From NCBI GenBank assembly GCA_046292385.1, contig JBKBRF010000011.1, forward strand, positions 32,001-96,000: a stretch of 64,000 bases of DNA, written 5' to 3'. A program made the translations under genes and the position numbers. The first letter of the stretch is position 1; each line of letters opens with the position of its first letter. This document shows positions 9,129 through 18,946 of the stretch, piece by piece. The notes under the pieces are model-generated. The model made no database searches, was not told the DNA's origin, and worked only from the letters and a program-made list of their open reading frames with translations. The DNA comes from Armatimonadota bacterium. Lineage in GTDB: Bacteria > Armatimonadota > SYMT01.

Positions 9129-10316
9129 CTACTCGAAGACCAGCGGGTTCGCCTCCTTCAGGTTGCCGACGCGGACGTGACCCTTTCCATCCAGAAGATC
9201 GAGGAGCGGGCCGCCGAGGATCTCCCCTCGCCAGCCCTCCAGCAGCGGTGGCTTCTCTTCCGTCAGGCCGAGGCGCCAGCGGACCAGCTCCTGCAGGTCC
9301 GAGGTGGTGGCGAGGAGCGCGGGGTCGACCTGGTGCTGCTGCGAGAGCGCGCCGGTGGCGACGGAGAGGAGCTGCTGGAGCACCTGCACCTGCGGGGGAT
9401 CGTCGCGCCGCAGCAGCTTGGGCAGCTCCTGATCCGGAAGCTTCAGCGCCGTCTGGACCGCGCCGACGATAGCGGAGCCGGCGGAACGAACCGCCCCTCG
9501 CTCCAGCCCGCGGAGCGCGAAGAGGTCCGCGGTGGTGGCCGGCTTCCGCTTCGCGATCTCTACCAGCATCTCGTCCTTGAGCACGCGCCGCGGCGGGAGG
9601 TCGCCCGCCCGCGCTTCCTGGTCCCGCCAGCGCCACAGCTCCCGCAGCACCGCCAGCTCCCGCGGGCGGAGGTTGCCGCCGCCGGAAACCTTCCACCAGC
9701 GTTCCTCCCGCTCCGCGGCGACGATCCGCTCTACCAGGTTCCGGCACTCATCCCGGATCCACTCCGTCCGGCCCAGCGCCTCCGCCCGCTTCAGCAGCTC
9801 GTTCCTCACGGCGAGAAGATAGCGGACGTCGTCCGCCGCGTACTCCATCTGCCGCTCGGTCAACGGGCGGCGGCGCCAGTCGGTAAACGACTCCCCACCC
9901 GCCACGCGCACGCCCAGCACCTGCCGCACCAAATTGGTGTGGCTCAGCGGATACCCGTACCCCACCAGCGCCGCGGCGGTCTGGGGATCGAAGAGCGGGT
10001 CCGGGACGCGGCCGGCGTAGCGGAGGCAGAACCGGAGCTCCTCGCGCGGCGCCAGGGCGATCACCTCGCGGCCCGGCTCCGTGAGCAGCTGCCAGAGTGC
10101 GGAGAGGTCGTTGACCGCGAGCGGGTCGACGATCCAGATTCCGTCTTCGGTCGCCACCTGCGCCAGGCAAAGAATCGGCTGGTAAGAGCCCTCGCCCACG
10201 AATTCCGTATCAACCGCCACCAGCTCCCGGCTTCGCACCGCCGAGAGCACCTCGTCCAACTGCCGCCCCGACTGGACGTACCGCACCTCACCCGCCGCTT
10301 CTCGCTCGCTGCCCAT
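9129..10316 (-). CDS. rnd: Ribonuclease D (3'-5' exonuclease + HRDC)
   Basis: VAVDTEF, FDPQTAA, TDWRRRPLT..YAADDV, HRDC (WRDQEAR..DLPPRRVLKDE), GWR near the C-terminus; start may be a few codons later. Confidence 0.92.
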   Translation of the reverse strand: MGSEREAAGEVRYVQSGRQLDEVLSAVRSRELVAVDTEFVGEGSYQPILCLAQVATEDGIWIVDPLAVNDLSALWQLLTEPGREVIALAPREELRFCLRYAGRVPDPLFDPQTAAALVGYGYPLSHTNLVRQVLGVRVAGGESFTDWRRRPLTERQMEYAADDVRYLLAVRNELLKRAEALGRTEWIRDECRNLVERIVAAEREERWWKVSGGGNLRPRELAVLRELWRWRDQEARAGDLPPRRVLKDEMLVEIAKRKPATTADLFALRGLERGAVRSAGSAIVGAVQTALKLPDQELPKLLRRDDPPQVQVLQQLLSVATGALSQQHQVDPALLATTSDLQELVRWRLGLTEEKPPLLEGWRGEILGGPLLDLLDGKGHVRVGNLKEANPLVFE

Positions 10317-10490
10317 ACTCGCTCCGCTCCCGCCTCAAGCCCCTCTAAACAGCAGTATTTACCCCAAACGCCATCGCGTACCCGCCGCATAGGTTGCACC
10401 CTTCCCCTTTCGCCTCCTTGCTCGACTCCCGCGCTCGCCCATCTCCAGGCCCCACGCACAGCTTCCCGGCAGGGGCCCCCAAGCCCCGCG

Positions 10491-10499
10491 TGATACAAT
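10491..10499 (+). promoter_or_regulatory. Extended -10 (TGnTACAAT), probable leaderless promoter
   Basis: TGATACAAT 7 nt upstream of ATG 10507, with no convincing SD. Confidence 0.5.
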
Positions 10500-10506
10500 G
10501 CCGGGG

Positions 10507-11142
10507 ATGAAGATCGAGCGCTGGACCGGACCGCCCGTCGAGACGCACACCTACCTCGTTGCCAATTCGGCGTCCGGGGAAGCGTGGGCCGTCGACGCGC
10601 CGCTGCAGACCGCCGGTGCGCTTCTGGAGCACGTGCGGGCGCAGGGCCTCCGGCTCACCCGGCTGATCCTCACGCACGGCCACTTCGACCACATCCTCGA
10701 CGTAGAGCAGTACACGCAGGCCGGAGTGCCGGTCGCCATCTGCCCCCTCGAAAAACCGCTGCTGGAGGCGCCGCAGACCTCGCTGTTCGGCCTGCCGTAC
10801 CCGATGCCGCAGGTGCGGATCGACGAGGAGCTGGGCGAGGGGATGGTGCTCCGGCTCGGCGCGGACGAGTGGCAGGTCTGGCACGTGCCCGGTCACTCTC
10901 CCGGACACGTCATCCTTTACAGCCCCGCGCAGGCGACGATCCTGGGCGGCGACCTACTGTTTCAGAACGGCTACGGGCGCGTCGACCTCCCGGGGTCCGA
11001 CCCGCGCCAGATGGCGGCGAGCCTGCGCCGCCTGCTCGACCTTCCCAAAGATACTCGCGTCTTGCCCGGTCACGGTCCGGAGACCACGCTCCGGCAGGAG
11101 CGCCCGTGGCTGAAAGACCTGACCGCAGGAACACTCCCGTGA
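10507..11142 (+). CDS. MBL-fold metallo-hydrolase (glyoxalase II/YcbL-like)
   Basis: THGHFDH, PGHSPG, GGDLLF, PGHG motifs. Confidence 0.92.
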   Translation: MKIERWTGPPVETHTYLVANSASGEAWAVDAPLQTAGALLEHVRAQGLRLTRLILTHGHFDHILDVEQYTQAGVPVAICPLEKPLLEAPQTSLFGLPYPMPQVRIDEELGEGMVLRLGADEWQVWHVPGHSPGHVILYSPAQATILGGDLLFQNGYGRVDLPGSDPRQMAASLRRLLDLPKDTRVLPGHGPETTLRQERPWLKDLTAGTLP

Positions 11143-11966
11143 AGATCACTCTCGGACACAGTCCCGATTCGGACGACGCGTTCATGTTCTACGGCCTCGC
11201 CCGCCACCTGGTGGACGAGGAAGGCTACGAGTTCGAGCACATCCTGCGGGACATCGAGACGCTGAACCGCTGGTCGCTCGAGGGTCGCCTCCACTGCACC
11301 GCCGTCTCCGTGCACGGCTACGCCTACGTGGCGGACCACTACGCGGTCATGACCCACGGCGCGAGCATGGGAGACGGCTACGGGCCGATGATCGTCGCCC
11401 GCGAGGAGCTCTCCCGCAGCGCGCTGAAGGAGCTGAAGATCGCGGTCCCCGGCACGCTCACCAGCGCGTTCCTGGCGCTGCGCCTCTGGCTGGGCGAGTT
11501 CGACTACGAGGTGGTGCCGTTCGACCGGATTATGGAAGCGGTCCACGCCGGCGACTTCGCCGCGGGCCTGCTGATCCACGAAGGGCAGCTCACCCACGGA
11601 GAGTTGGGGCTGCGGACCCTGGTCGACCTGGGGCGCTGGTGGAAGGACGACACCGGCCTGCCGCTGCCGCTGGGGGTCAACGTGATCCGCAGGGACCTTG
11701 GCCCGGAGCGGATGAAGCAGATCTCCCGCATCCTGCGCCGCAGCATCGCCTACGGCCTGGAGCACCGCCAGGCAGGGATCGACCACGCGCAGCAGTACGC
11801 CCGCGGCATGGAGCGCTCCGTTACCGACACGTTCGTCGGGATGTACGTCAACGACTGGACGCTCGACATGGGCGAAGCGGGCCAGGAGAGCATCCGTCTC
11901 TTCCTGAAGCGCGGCTACGAGCACGGCATCATCAGCGTGGAGCCGAAGATCGAGTTCGTCGATTAG
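11139..11966 (+). CDS. mqnD: MqnD-like 1,4-dihydroxy-6-naphthoate synthase (MqnA/MqnD family, futalosine pathway)
   Basis: ITLGHSPDSDDAFMFY, GYGPMIV, GLLIHEGQLT, LPLPLG, MYVNDWT; GTG overlaps the upstream TGA. Confidence 0.8.
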   Translation: MKITLGHSPDSDDAFMFYGLARHLVDEEGYEFEHILRDIETLNRWSLEGRLHCTAVSVHGYAYVADHYAVMTHGASMGDGYGPMIVAREELSRSALKELKIAVPGTLTSAFLALRLWLGEFDYEVVPFDRIMEAVHAGDFAAGLLIHEGQLTHGELGLRTLVDLGRWWKDDTGLPLPLGVNVIRRDLGPERMKQISRILRRSIAYGLEHRQAGIDHAQQYARGMERSVTDTFVGMYVNDWTLDMGEAGQESIRLFLKRGYEHGIISVEPKIEFVD

Positions 11967-12053
11967 GGTTGCAGGTTTGCAAGTTCCAGGTTAGCAAGTT
12001 CCGAACCCCCTCCCTCGGTCAGCTAACCTGGAGCTTGCCACTTGATAACCTGC
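11967..12053. repeat. CAGGTT/CAAGTT 7-8-mer inverted array (family B)
   Basis: GGTTGCAGGTTTGCAAGTTCCAGGTTAGCAAGTT ... AACCTGGAGCTTG..AACCTG between convergent genes. Confidence 0.75.
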
Positions 12054-12056
12054 CGA

Positions 12057-12521
12057 CTACCGCCGCGGGCGTGCCGTCCTGGCGACCGTCTTCCACGTGA
12101 TCGGCAGCGCACTCTTCTTTACCGCGACGTAGTGGTACGGATAAGTCAGGATCTGTGCCGCGATCGCGCCGGGCGGCGGGGTGGTCTCGACCACCGTCAC
12201 TACCAGCTTCCCCTTCTCCTCGCGGGCGCCGGTGATCTCGATCGTATAGCCGGCGGTGTTCTTCTGTCCGGCGAACGCGGCGAGGACCATCTCGCGGGAG
12301 AAGTCGACGGCCGGCGGGGCGGGCGGCGGCTCCGTGTTCGGACCGCGCCGGAACTGCCGGTTCCAGAGCTTCACGTACTGCTCGCGGGTGGCGGCGCTCT
12401 CCCGCAAGGGCTTCTCCACCGCCGACTGGCTCCCGCGGCGCAGCGTCCGCACCCCGGACGTCTCCGCCGCCAGCGCGCCCGCCGCCAGGCAGAGCCCCAA
12501 CCCGATTGCTGCCGCCCGCAT
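12057..12521 (-). CDS. Secreted PrcB C-terminal-domain (protease complex subunit-like) protein
   Basis: Signal peptide; PAVDFSREMVLAAFAGQKNTAGYTIEI..AAQILTYPYHYVAV matches the PrcB_C pattern. Confidence 0.8.
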   Translation of the reverse strand: MRAAAIGLGLCLAAGALAAETSGVRTLRRGSQSAVEKPLRESAATREQYVKLWNRQFRRGPNTEPPPAPPAVDFSREMVLAAFAGQKNTAGYTIEITGAREEKGKLVVTVVETTPPPGAIAAQILTYPYHYVAVKKSALPITWKTVARTARPRR

Positions 12522-12665
12522 CCTCGTCCCTCCCCGGGGTCGCTCCCCATCGGGAGTCTACCCGGTCGCCGCCCGTCCGCCGACGAAGGTGCGGCGGGTG
12601 GGTACGATGGAACGGCGGAAAAAGAGTGGGCTCGAAACGCAGGGTCTGGCAAGGATGGTGCGACG

Positions 12666-13805
12666 GTGAAGATTGCGATGTGGACGAGCAGCGAGGAGCG
12701 GTGCGGCATCGCCTCCTACACCGCCTGCCTGGCCGGCGAGCTGCGGCAGCTGGGGGTGGAGGTGGAGCTCGTCCCGGTGCCGTACACCGACCGTGACCCG
12801 GGGCGCATGGAGGAGCGGCTCGCCCGCCTGAACGCCGCGGACCTGGTCCACCTGCAGCACGAGTACACCTTCTTCGGCGGGATCGCGCCGCGGGTCTCCT
12901 CCCTCCCCAACTATCTCGCCCGTCTGCGACGCCCGCACGTGGTGACCGCGCACACCGTCTTCACCGCCGCGGAGCTGCTGCGGGTGGAGACGGAGCACCG
13001 GCCCCGCCAGCGGATCGCGAAGCGGATTCTCTCCGCCCTACCGCCGTATCGCGCCAGCGTGGAGCGCGACCCGTTCGCCCGCGCCGATGCGGTGATCGTC
13101 CACACCGCGGCCGCGCGCGAGCGGATGCTTCAGCGGGGAATTCCGGCCGACCGCGTCCACGTGCTGCCGGCCGGCGTCCCCCACCCCGACGAAGCGGCGA
13201 TGGAGCCGGAGCGGGTCTCCGCTTTCCGGCAGCGGCTGGGCCTGAACGGCGCGCGAGTCGCGACAATCTTCGGCTTCGTCCACCAGGACAAGGGCTACGA
13301 GATCGCGCTCGCGGCGCTGAAGGGACTTCCGGCCGGGGTCAAGCTGGTCATCGCGGGCGGCACGCGGGTGGAGCACGAGCGCGGCTACATGGAGCAGCTT
13401 CAGCAGCGGATCCGGGACGAGGGGCTGGCGGAGAGAGTCGTCATCACCGGCTACCTCTCCGAGCCGGAGGTCTCCACCGTGATGGCGCTCACCGACGTCG
13501 TCCTCGTCCCCCACACCGCCGCCAACGGCAGCTACTCCGTCATGATCGGCCTGAGCCACGGCAAGCCGGTCCTCGCCTCCGACCTCCCCTGTTTCCGGGA
13601 GATCCACGAGCGAGGCGGCGGCGCGGAGCTATTCGACCCCGGCGACGAGCGCGCCCTCGCCGAGCGCCTCGGCTACCTGCTCGCCTCCCACTCCGCCCGC
13701 ACCCAGCTAGGGAAAAAAGCCGCCGCCTTCGCCCAGGAGCAAAGCTGGTCCGCCGTAGCCGAGCGCACGCGGCAGATCTACGAGCAGGTGCTGCGGGGAA
13801 CCTGA
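12666..13805 (+). CDS. Glycosyltransferase family 4 (GT-B)
   Basis: RCGIASYT, HLQHEY, FGFVHQDKG, GKPVLASDLP; GTG start at 12666. Confidence 0.9.
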   Translation: MKIAMWTSSEERCGIASYTACLAGELRQLGVEVELVPVPYTDRDPGRMEERLARLNAADLVHLQHEYTFFGGIAPRVSSLPNYLARLRRPHVVTAHTVFTAAELLRVETEHRPRQRIAKRILSALPPYRASVERDPFARADAVIVHTAAARERMLQRGIPADRVHVLPAGVPHPDEAAMEPERVSAFRQRLGLNGARVATIFGFVHQDKGYEIALAALKGLPAGVKLVIAGGTRVEHERGYMEQLQQRIRDEGLAERVVITGYLSEPEVSTVMALTDVVLVPHTAANGSYSVMIGLSHGKPVLASDLPCFREIHERGGGAELFDPGDERALAERLGYLLASHSARTQLGKKAAAFAQEQSWSAVAERTRQIYEQVLRGT

Positions 13806-13990
13806 TTCACCGCAGAGACGCGGAGAGCGCGGAGAAAACCGGAACCGGAGGAATGGGCCGGGGCCGCTGAACAAATTCGGTACAGCGGCCCCGGGGTTTG
13901 TCCCTTTCGGTTCCTCTTTGCGTTCTTGGCGTCTTGGCGGTGAATCAGGTTCGGGTTCTCTCCGCGCCCTCTGCGTCTCTGCGGTGAATC
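13804..13990. mobile_element. MITE/REPIN-like element with TIRs GATTCACCGCAGAGACGC (family A, copy 1)
   Basis: Terminal inverted repeats, internal hairpin CCGGGGCCGCTG..CAGCGGCCCCGG; homologous, inverted copy at 46164-46385. Confidence 0.7.
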
Positions 13991-14036
13991 AGGTTCGAAA
14001 TCTCTGTGTGCTCTGTGGTGAAATCAGGTCCGGACT

Positions 14037-15668
14037 TCACCTCAGCCGGATGCGCCGCTTCACCGCTTCCGGGGCGTCAATCTCGGTCTTGATCGTGTTG
14101 CTGGAGCGCTCGTGGCGGACCTTGAGGAGGCCGTGCGGCGTGGGGAGGCTCCCCTCCGCGAAGGCGAGGTCGCCGAGGGTCGGCTCCACGCGGATCGATT
14201 CGTAGCCGGGTGAGGCGGGGCCGAGGCCGAGGACGTGCTCCGTCAGCCACGCCGTGGGACCCGCCGCCCAGCCGTGGCAGAGGCTGTGGCGCAGGCCGAC
14301 ATAGCAGTAGTCGCCGTAGTCGGCGTGGAGGTCCTTCTTGCCGGGCGGGGTGATCTCGTCGATGCGGCCCGCGCCTTCCAGCCACTCCAGCTCGAAGCCT
14401 TCCCAGAAGCTCGTGGCGCCCGCGTCGAGCATGCCGCCCCAGTAGTTGCGGATCAGGTCGAGCGCGCCCTGGTGGTCGCCCGCGCGGGCCCGCGCTTCCA
14501 GGATGTAGTAGCCGTAGAAGGTGGAGAGCGCGGAGTTGGGGTTGACGGAGAGGATGGTCCGGTTGACCTCCCCCGCGTCCGCCATCCCGGCCAGGACCAG
14601 CAGCGCGTTCGCCTGCTTGCTGGGAGACGGCGGCCGCAGGTGCCCGGCGGCGCGGGCGGCGACGGTGCGGGACTGCGCCGCCGCGTCCTTCTCCTCCAGC
14701 ACGTCGCACAGCTCCGCGCCGGCCCGCAGCGCCATCACGGTGAGCGCCTGGAGGCCGGCGTCGATCGCCGTCGGGTCGCGGCTGGTGGGCCACTCCAGGA
14801 AGCGGTGGCCGCTCAGGTTCTCCTTGCCCTTATCGTCCACACTGTTCCGCACCTGCTCCAGCAGGCCGAGGAGGTAGGCCCGCTGCGCGCGGAGGTACGG
14901 CACGTCGCCCCAGTAGCGGTACCAGTCCCGGTGGCAGAGGATCCACCAGAGCGAGTAGGAGCCGATGCCGTTCATCCAGCCGGGGAGCGGGGTGCGGTCG
15001 CGGACGTAGTCGAGGCTCTCGGGGACGATCGAGTGCCCGCCGAAGACGGTGCTGATCACCATCTGCTCGGGGTGGAGGTCGCCGATCCAGACGAGGCGGT
15101 CGCGCTTGATGCCGTCCCAGACGTGGTCCTGCATGCAGAGGTGGACGGTGTACGCGCCGGTGTCCCAGATCCGGTTCAGCCGCGGATCGCTGCAGCGGAA
15201 GCTACCCTGGTACTCCAGCGGCCGGTAGAGGAAGACCGCCAGCGCCTTCTCCAGGGTGACGGTGGTGTCCGGCTCCAGCAGATCGATCCGCGCGAAGCGG
15301 AAGCCGGTGTTGCCGACCTCCGTGTGCCCCATCCAGGGAACGAGCACCTCGTGATCGTGGATCGTGTGGTCCTGGTTCGGCGTGCCCATCGCCTCCGCGA
15401 CCGACTCCCCGAAGCGGATCCGGAAGCGCGCCGGCTTACCGGAGCTGTTGGTCGGCACCTCCAGGCGCAGCCCGCCGTGCAGCTCCCGGCCGAAGTCGAG
15501 CAGGATGCTGGAGGTCTGCCCGTCTTTCGCCGGCTGCAGCACGCAGGTGTGCCGGTCGTCCGTGAGCAGGTGCTCCGGCGTCCGCGCGCCGGGGGTGGAC
15601 CAGACGATCCGCGTGGGCAGCACGAAGCGCCGCTCGCGAGGGTCTAACTTGCCGGGAGGAAATGCCAT
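14037..15668 (-). CDS. Alpha-L-rhamnosidase (GH78)
   Basis: LLDFGRELHGG, WDGIKRDRLVWIGD, GATSFWE, SLCHGWAAGP. Confidence 0.88.
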   Translation of the reverse strand: MAFPPGKLDPRERRFVLPTRIVWSTPGARTPEHLLTDDRHTCVLQPAKDGQTSSILLDFGRELHGGLRLEVPTNSSGKPARFRIRFGESVAEAMGTPNQDHTIHDHEVLVPWMGHTEVGNTGFRFARIDLLEPDTTVTLEKALAVFLYRPLEYQGSFRCSDPRLNRIWDTGAYTVHLCMQDHVWDGIKRDRLVWIGDLHPEQMVISTVFGGHSIVPESLDYVRDRTPLPGWMNGIGSYSLWWILCHRDWYRYWGDVPYLRAQRAYLLGLLEQVRNSVDDKGKENLSGHRFLEWPTSRDPTAIDAGLQALTVMALRAGAELCDVLEEKDAAAQSRTVAARAAGHLRPPSPSKQANALLVLAGMADAGEVNRTILSVNPNSALSTFYGYYILEARARAGDHQGALDLIRNYWGGMLDAGATSFWEGFELEWLEGAGRIDEITPPGKKDLHADYGDYCYVGLRHSLCHGWAAGPTAWLTEHVLGLGPASPGYESIRVEPTLGDLAFAEGSLPTPHGLLKVRHERSSNTIKTEIDAPEAVKRRIRLR

Positions 15669-15814
15669 GGGTCGTGTCCGTCGTGGCGGGAGAAGAACTC
15701 GCCGCCCTCACATTCGCGCTCGGGAGGTGAACCTCCTGTGTAGGCTGAGGAAGGGGAACCCGGACCTTAAAGGGGATATGGGGATGTGAACTGGGGATGG
15801 GGGGATGGGCGCCC

Positions 15815-15925
15815 GAGGACGGAGTGCAGAGGACGGAGTGCAGAGTCCGAACGTTTCGGCTCCGCAGCCTGCCGACCGTCCACGGCTCCTACTCATTCTC
15901 ATTCTCTTTCTCCTTCTCTTTCTCG
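15815..15925. repeat. Composite tandem repeat (GAGGACGGAGTGCA x2 plus CT tract)
   Basis: 31/31 reverse complement of 1785-1815, followed by CCGAAC and a CT-rich tract as in the 1663-1850 element. Confidence 0.75.
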
Positions 15926-15970
15926 TAGTCGTTCCGGCGCCAGCCTCACTCCGGCGCCCCCACCCTAACC

Positions 15971-18856
15971 ATGCGTCATCTCACCCTGATTTCCGCCCTG
16001 CTGCTCGGCGCCGTGGGCACCGCGGCCCTGGCGGCGCAGCCCGCCCGCTCTGCTCGGAAGGGAGCTGCCTCGATGGTTCCGGTCCACCTGCGCTGCGAGT
16101 ACCTGGTCGATCCGACGGCGGTGGAGGCGCGCGCGCCCCGGCTGAGCTGGCGCTTCGACTCGCCGGAGCGGGGTCAGCGCCAGACCGCGATGCGGGTGCT
16201 GGTGGCGAGCAGCCGCGAGAGGCTGGACCGCGACCAGGGCGACCTGTGGGACAGCGGCAAGGTGGCGAGCGACGTCTCCACGGGGGTGGCGTACGGCGGC
16301 CGCCCGCTTTCGTCACGGCAGCAGGCGTTCTGGAAGGTGCGCGCGTGGGACGCCGCCGGGAAGGCGACCCCCTGGAGCGAGACGGCGGAGTGGACCGCGG
16401 GGCTGCTGAAGAAGGGCGACTGGACGGCCGACTGGATCAGCTTTCGGGACACCAGCCCGGTCCACCAGAGTCGGGAGAAGCTGCACCTGCCGCCGGCCCG
16501 GTACTACCGGAAGGAGTTCCAGGCGCCGCGCGCGGTGAAGCGGGCGGTCCTCTACGCCTCGGCCCTCGGCCTGGTGGAGCTGCGCCTCAACGGGAAGCCG
16601 GTGAGTGACGAGGCGTTCGCGCCGGGGTGGTCGGACTATAAGCGGCGCGCCTACTACCGCGCCTACGACGTGACGAAGCAGCTCGGCCGCGGCGCGAACG
16701 CCCTGGGGGCGGTGCTGGCGGACGGCTGGTACAGCGGCTACCTGGGGTACGGGCTGCTGGTCGGCTACGGCCCCTATCGCACCGGGCGCAGCTTCTACGG
16801 CAAGACCCCGGCGCTCCTGGCGCAGCTCGAGATCGAGTACACCGACGGCTCCCGGCAGACCGTGGGCACGAGCCCTGAGTGGAAGACGACCGACCGCACC
16901 CCCGTCCGCGAGGCCGACATGCTGATGGGCGAAAGCTACGACGCCCGGATGGAGCTGCCCGGCTGGGACCGCGCCGGCTTCGACGCGTCCGGTTGGGAGC
17001 CGGCGGTCCGCGCGGAGGAGAACGGCAGCGTGAAGGCGCCCTACGCCGACTCGGCCGGTCAGCGGGAGATCGAGCTCGGCTTCGTGGAGCCGCCGGTGCT
17101 GCAGGCCTACTCCGGCGTGCCGGTGCGCGTGACGCAGACCCTCAAGCCGGTGCGCAAGACGCAGCCGGCACCGGGGACCTACATCTTCGACATGGGCCAG
17201 AACTTCTCCGGCGTGGTCCGCCTGCGGGTGAAGGGCCCGGCCGGCACCTCTGTCCGCCTGCGGTTCGGCGAGATGCTCCACCCGGACGGCCGCCTGATGA
17301 CGGAGAACCTGCGCCGCGCCCGCGCGACCGACACCTACGTGCTGCGCGGCGACCCGAACGGCGAGGAGTGGGAGCCGCGCTTCACCTACCACGGCTTCCA
17401 GTTCGTGGAGGTGACCGGCTACCCGGGCGAGCCGGGGATGGATGCGGTGACTGGCCTGGTGCTCCACTCCGATACGCCGCTCACCAGCTCATTCGAGTGC
17501 TCCGACCCGATGCTGAACCGCTTCTTCCAGAACGTGGTGTGGACGCAGCGCGCCAACTTCTTCGAGGTGCCGACCGACTGCCCGCAGCGGGACGAGCGCC
17601 TCGGCTGGATGGGCGACGCGCAGGTCTACGCCCGGGCCGCCACCTACCACGCCGACGTCGCCTCCTTCTTCACCAAGTGGATGGATGACGTGGAGGAGTC
17701 GCAGCTTCCGAACGGCGCCTACCCGGACTACGCGCCCTATCCGATGTTCCACGGCGGCCCGGAAGGCTACGGCACCGCCTGGACCGACGCGGGCGTGATC
17801 TGCACCTACACGATCCACCAGGTCTATGGGGATCACGAGATCGTCCGCCGCCACTGGGACTCGATGAAGAAGTTCCTGGAGTTCCGCGCCCGGCGCAGCC
17901 CGGACCGGCGCGGCGTCTCCAAGGGGAACACCTGGGGCGACTGGCTCTCCCTGGGCGAGACGACGCCGATCGAGCTGGTCGACGCCGCCTACTTCGCCTA
18001 CAGCGCCCAGCTGATGGCGCGGATGGCGCCGCACGCGAACGGGGGTAAAGACCTGCAGCGCTGCCGCGACCTGGCCGAAGAGGTGACGGAGCGATTCCAG
18101 GAAGACTACGTCCGCGCGGACGGCACGCTGAAAGTCGACACCCAGACCGCCTACGTGCTGGCGCTCGCCTTCGACCTGATCCCGGCGCACCTCCGCGCCC
18201 GCAGCGCCGCCCGGCTGGCGCAGAAGATCGAGGAGAACGGCTTCCGGATGGCGACCGGCTTCCTGGGGACGCGGTCGCTGCTGCCGGTCCTCACCGCCAC
18301 CGGCCACCACGACCTGGCCGTGCGCCTGATGCAGAGCCGCCAGTTCCCCTCCTGGGGCTACGAGGTGGAGAACGGCGCCACCAGCGTGTGGGAGCGGTGG
18401 AACAGCTACACCAAGGAGAAGGGCTTCGGCGACGCCGGGATGAACTCGTTCAGCCACTACGCCTTCGGCGCGGTGAGCGAGTGGATGTTCCAATCGCTCG
18501 CCGGGATCGACACCTCCGGTCTCGGCTACAAGCAGCTCCTCCTCCGTCCCGGCCCGCCCGCGCCGGGCAGCAATCCGGACCACGAGCCGGTGAGCTGGGT
18601 AAAGGCGGAGTACGACTCGCTCCACGGCAAGATCCGGAGCCACTGGCGCCGCACCCCGGACGCCTTCGAGCTGGAGGTCACCGTCCCCGCCAACACCACC
18701 GCCGTGCTGCACCTCCCCGCCGTCGGCGCCGCTACCGTCACGGAAGGCGGCAAGCCGCTGCACCAGGTGAAGGAGATCCGGGTGGGCCGGGAGCTCAGCG
18801 ACCGGATCGAGCTGCGGCTCGGGTCCGGGACCTACCGGTTCCGGTCCCGGCTGTAG
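15971..18856 (+). CDS. Secreted alpha-L-rhamnosidase (GH78)
   Basis: Signal peptide; WDSGKV, DMGQNF, FTYHGFQF, PTDCPQRDERLGWMGD, GATSVWERW, MNSFSHYAFG. Confidence 0.95.
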   Translation: MRHLTLISALLLGAVGTAALAAQPARSARKGAASMVPVHLRCEYLVDPTAVEARAPRLSWRFDSPERGQRQTAMRVLVASSRERLDRDQGDLWDSGKVASDVSTGVAYGGRPLSSRQQAFWKVRAWDAAGKATPWSETAEWTAGLLKKGDWTADWISFRDTSPVHQSREKLHLPPARYYRKEFQAPRAVKRAVLYASALGLVELRLNGKPVSDEAFAPGWSDYKRRAYYRAYDVTKQLGRGANALGAVLADGWYSGYLGYGLLVGYGPYRTGRSFYGKTPALLAQLEIEYTDGSRQTVGTSPEWKTTDRTPVREADMLMGESYDARMELPGWDRAGFDASGWEPAVRAEENGSVKAPYADSAGQREIELGFVEPPVLQAYSGVPVRVTQTLKPVRKTQPAPGTYIFDMGQNFSGVVRLRVKGPAGTSVRLRFGEMLHPDGRLMTENLRRARATDTYVLRGDPNGEEWEPRFTYHGFQFVEVTGYPGEPGMDAVTGLVLHSDTPLTSSFECSDPMLNRFFQNVVWTQRANFFEVPTDCPQRDERLGWMGDAQVYARAATYHADVASFFTKWMDDVEESQLPNGAYPDYAPYPMFHGGPEGYGTAWTDAGVICTYTIHQVYGDHEIVRRHWDSMKKFLEFRARRSPDRRGVSKGNTWGDWLSLGETTPIELVDAAYFAYSAQLMARMAPHANGGKDLQRCRDLAEEVTERFQEDYVRADGTLKVDTQTAYVLALAFDLIPAHLRARSAARLAQKIEENGFRMATGFLGTRSLLPVLTATGHHDLAVRLMQSRQFPSWGYEVENGATSVWERWNSYTKEKGFGDAGMNSFSHYAFGAVSEWMFQSLAGIDTSGLGYKQLLLRPGPPAPGSNPDHEPVSWVKAEYDSLHGKIRSHWRRTPDAFELEVTVPANTTAVLHLPAVGAATVTEGGKPLHQVKEIRVGRELSDRIELRLGSGTYRFRSRL

Positions 18857-18946
18857 CGGGGCGATTGCCCGGGAGTCATTCCGTGGTTGTGAGGCGGTCG
18901 TGGGTGCGTGGTTCAAGCGAGCGGCCTGCCGCGTCCGCGCGGGCCG

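Noticed and set aside
11967..12053. CRISPR array among the repeat loci
   Set aside because: No constant 25-40-nt repeats with regular unique spacers, and no cas genes.
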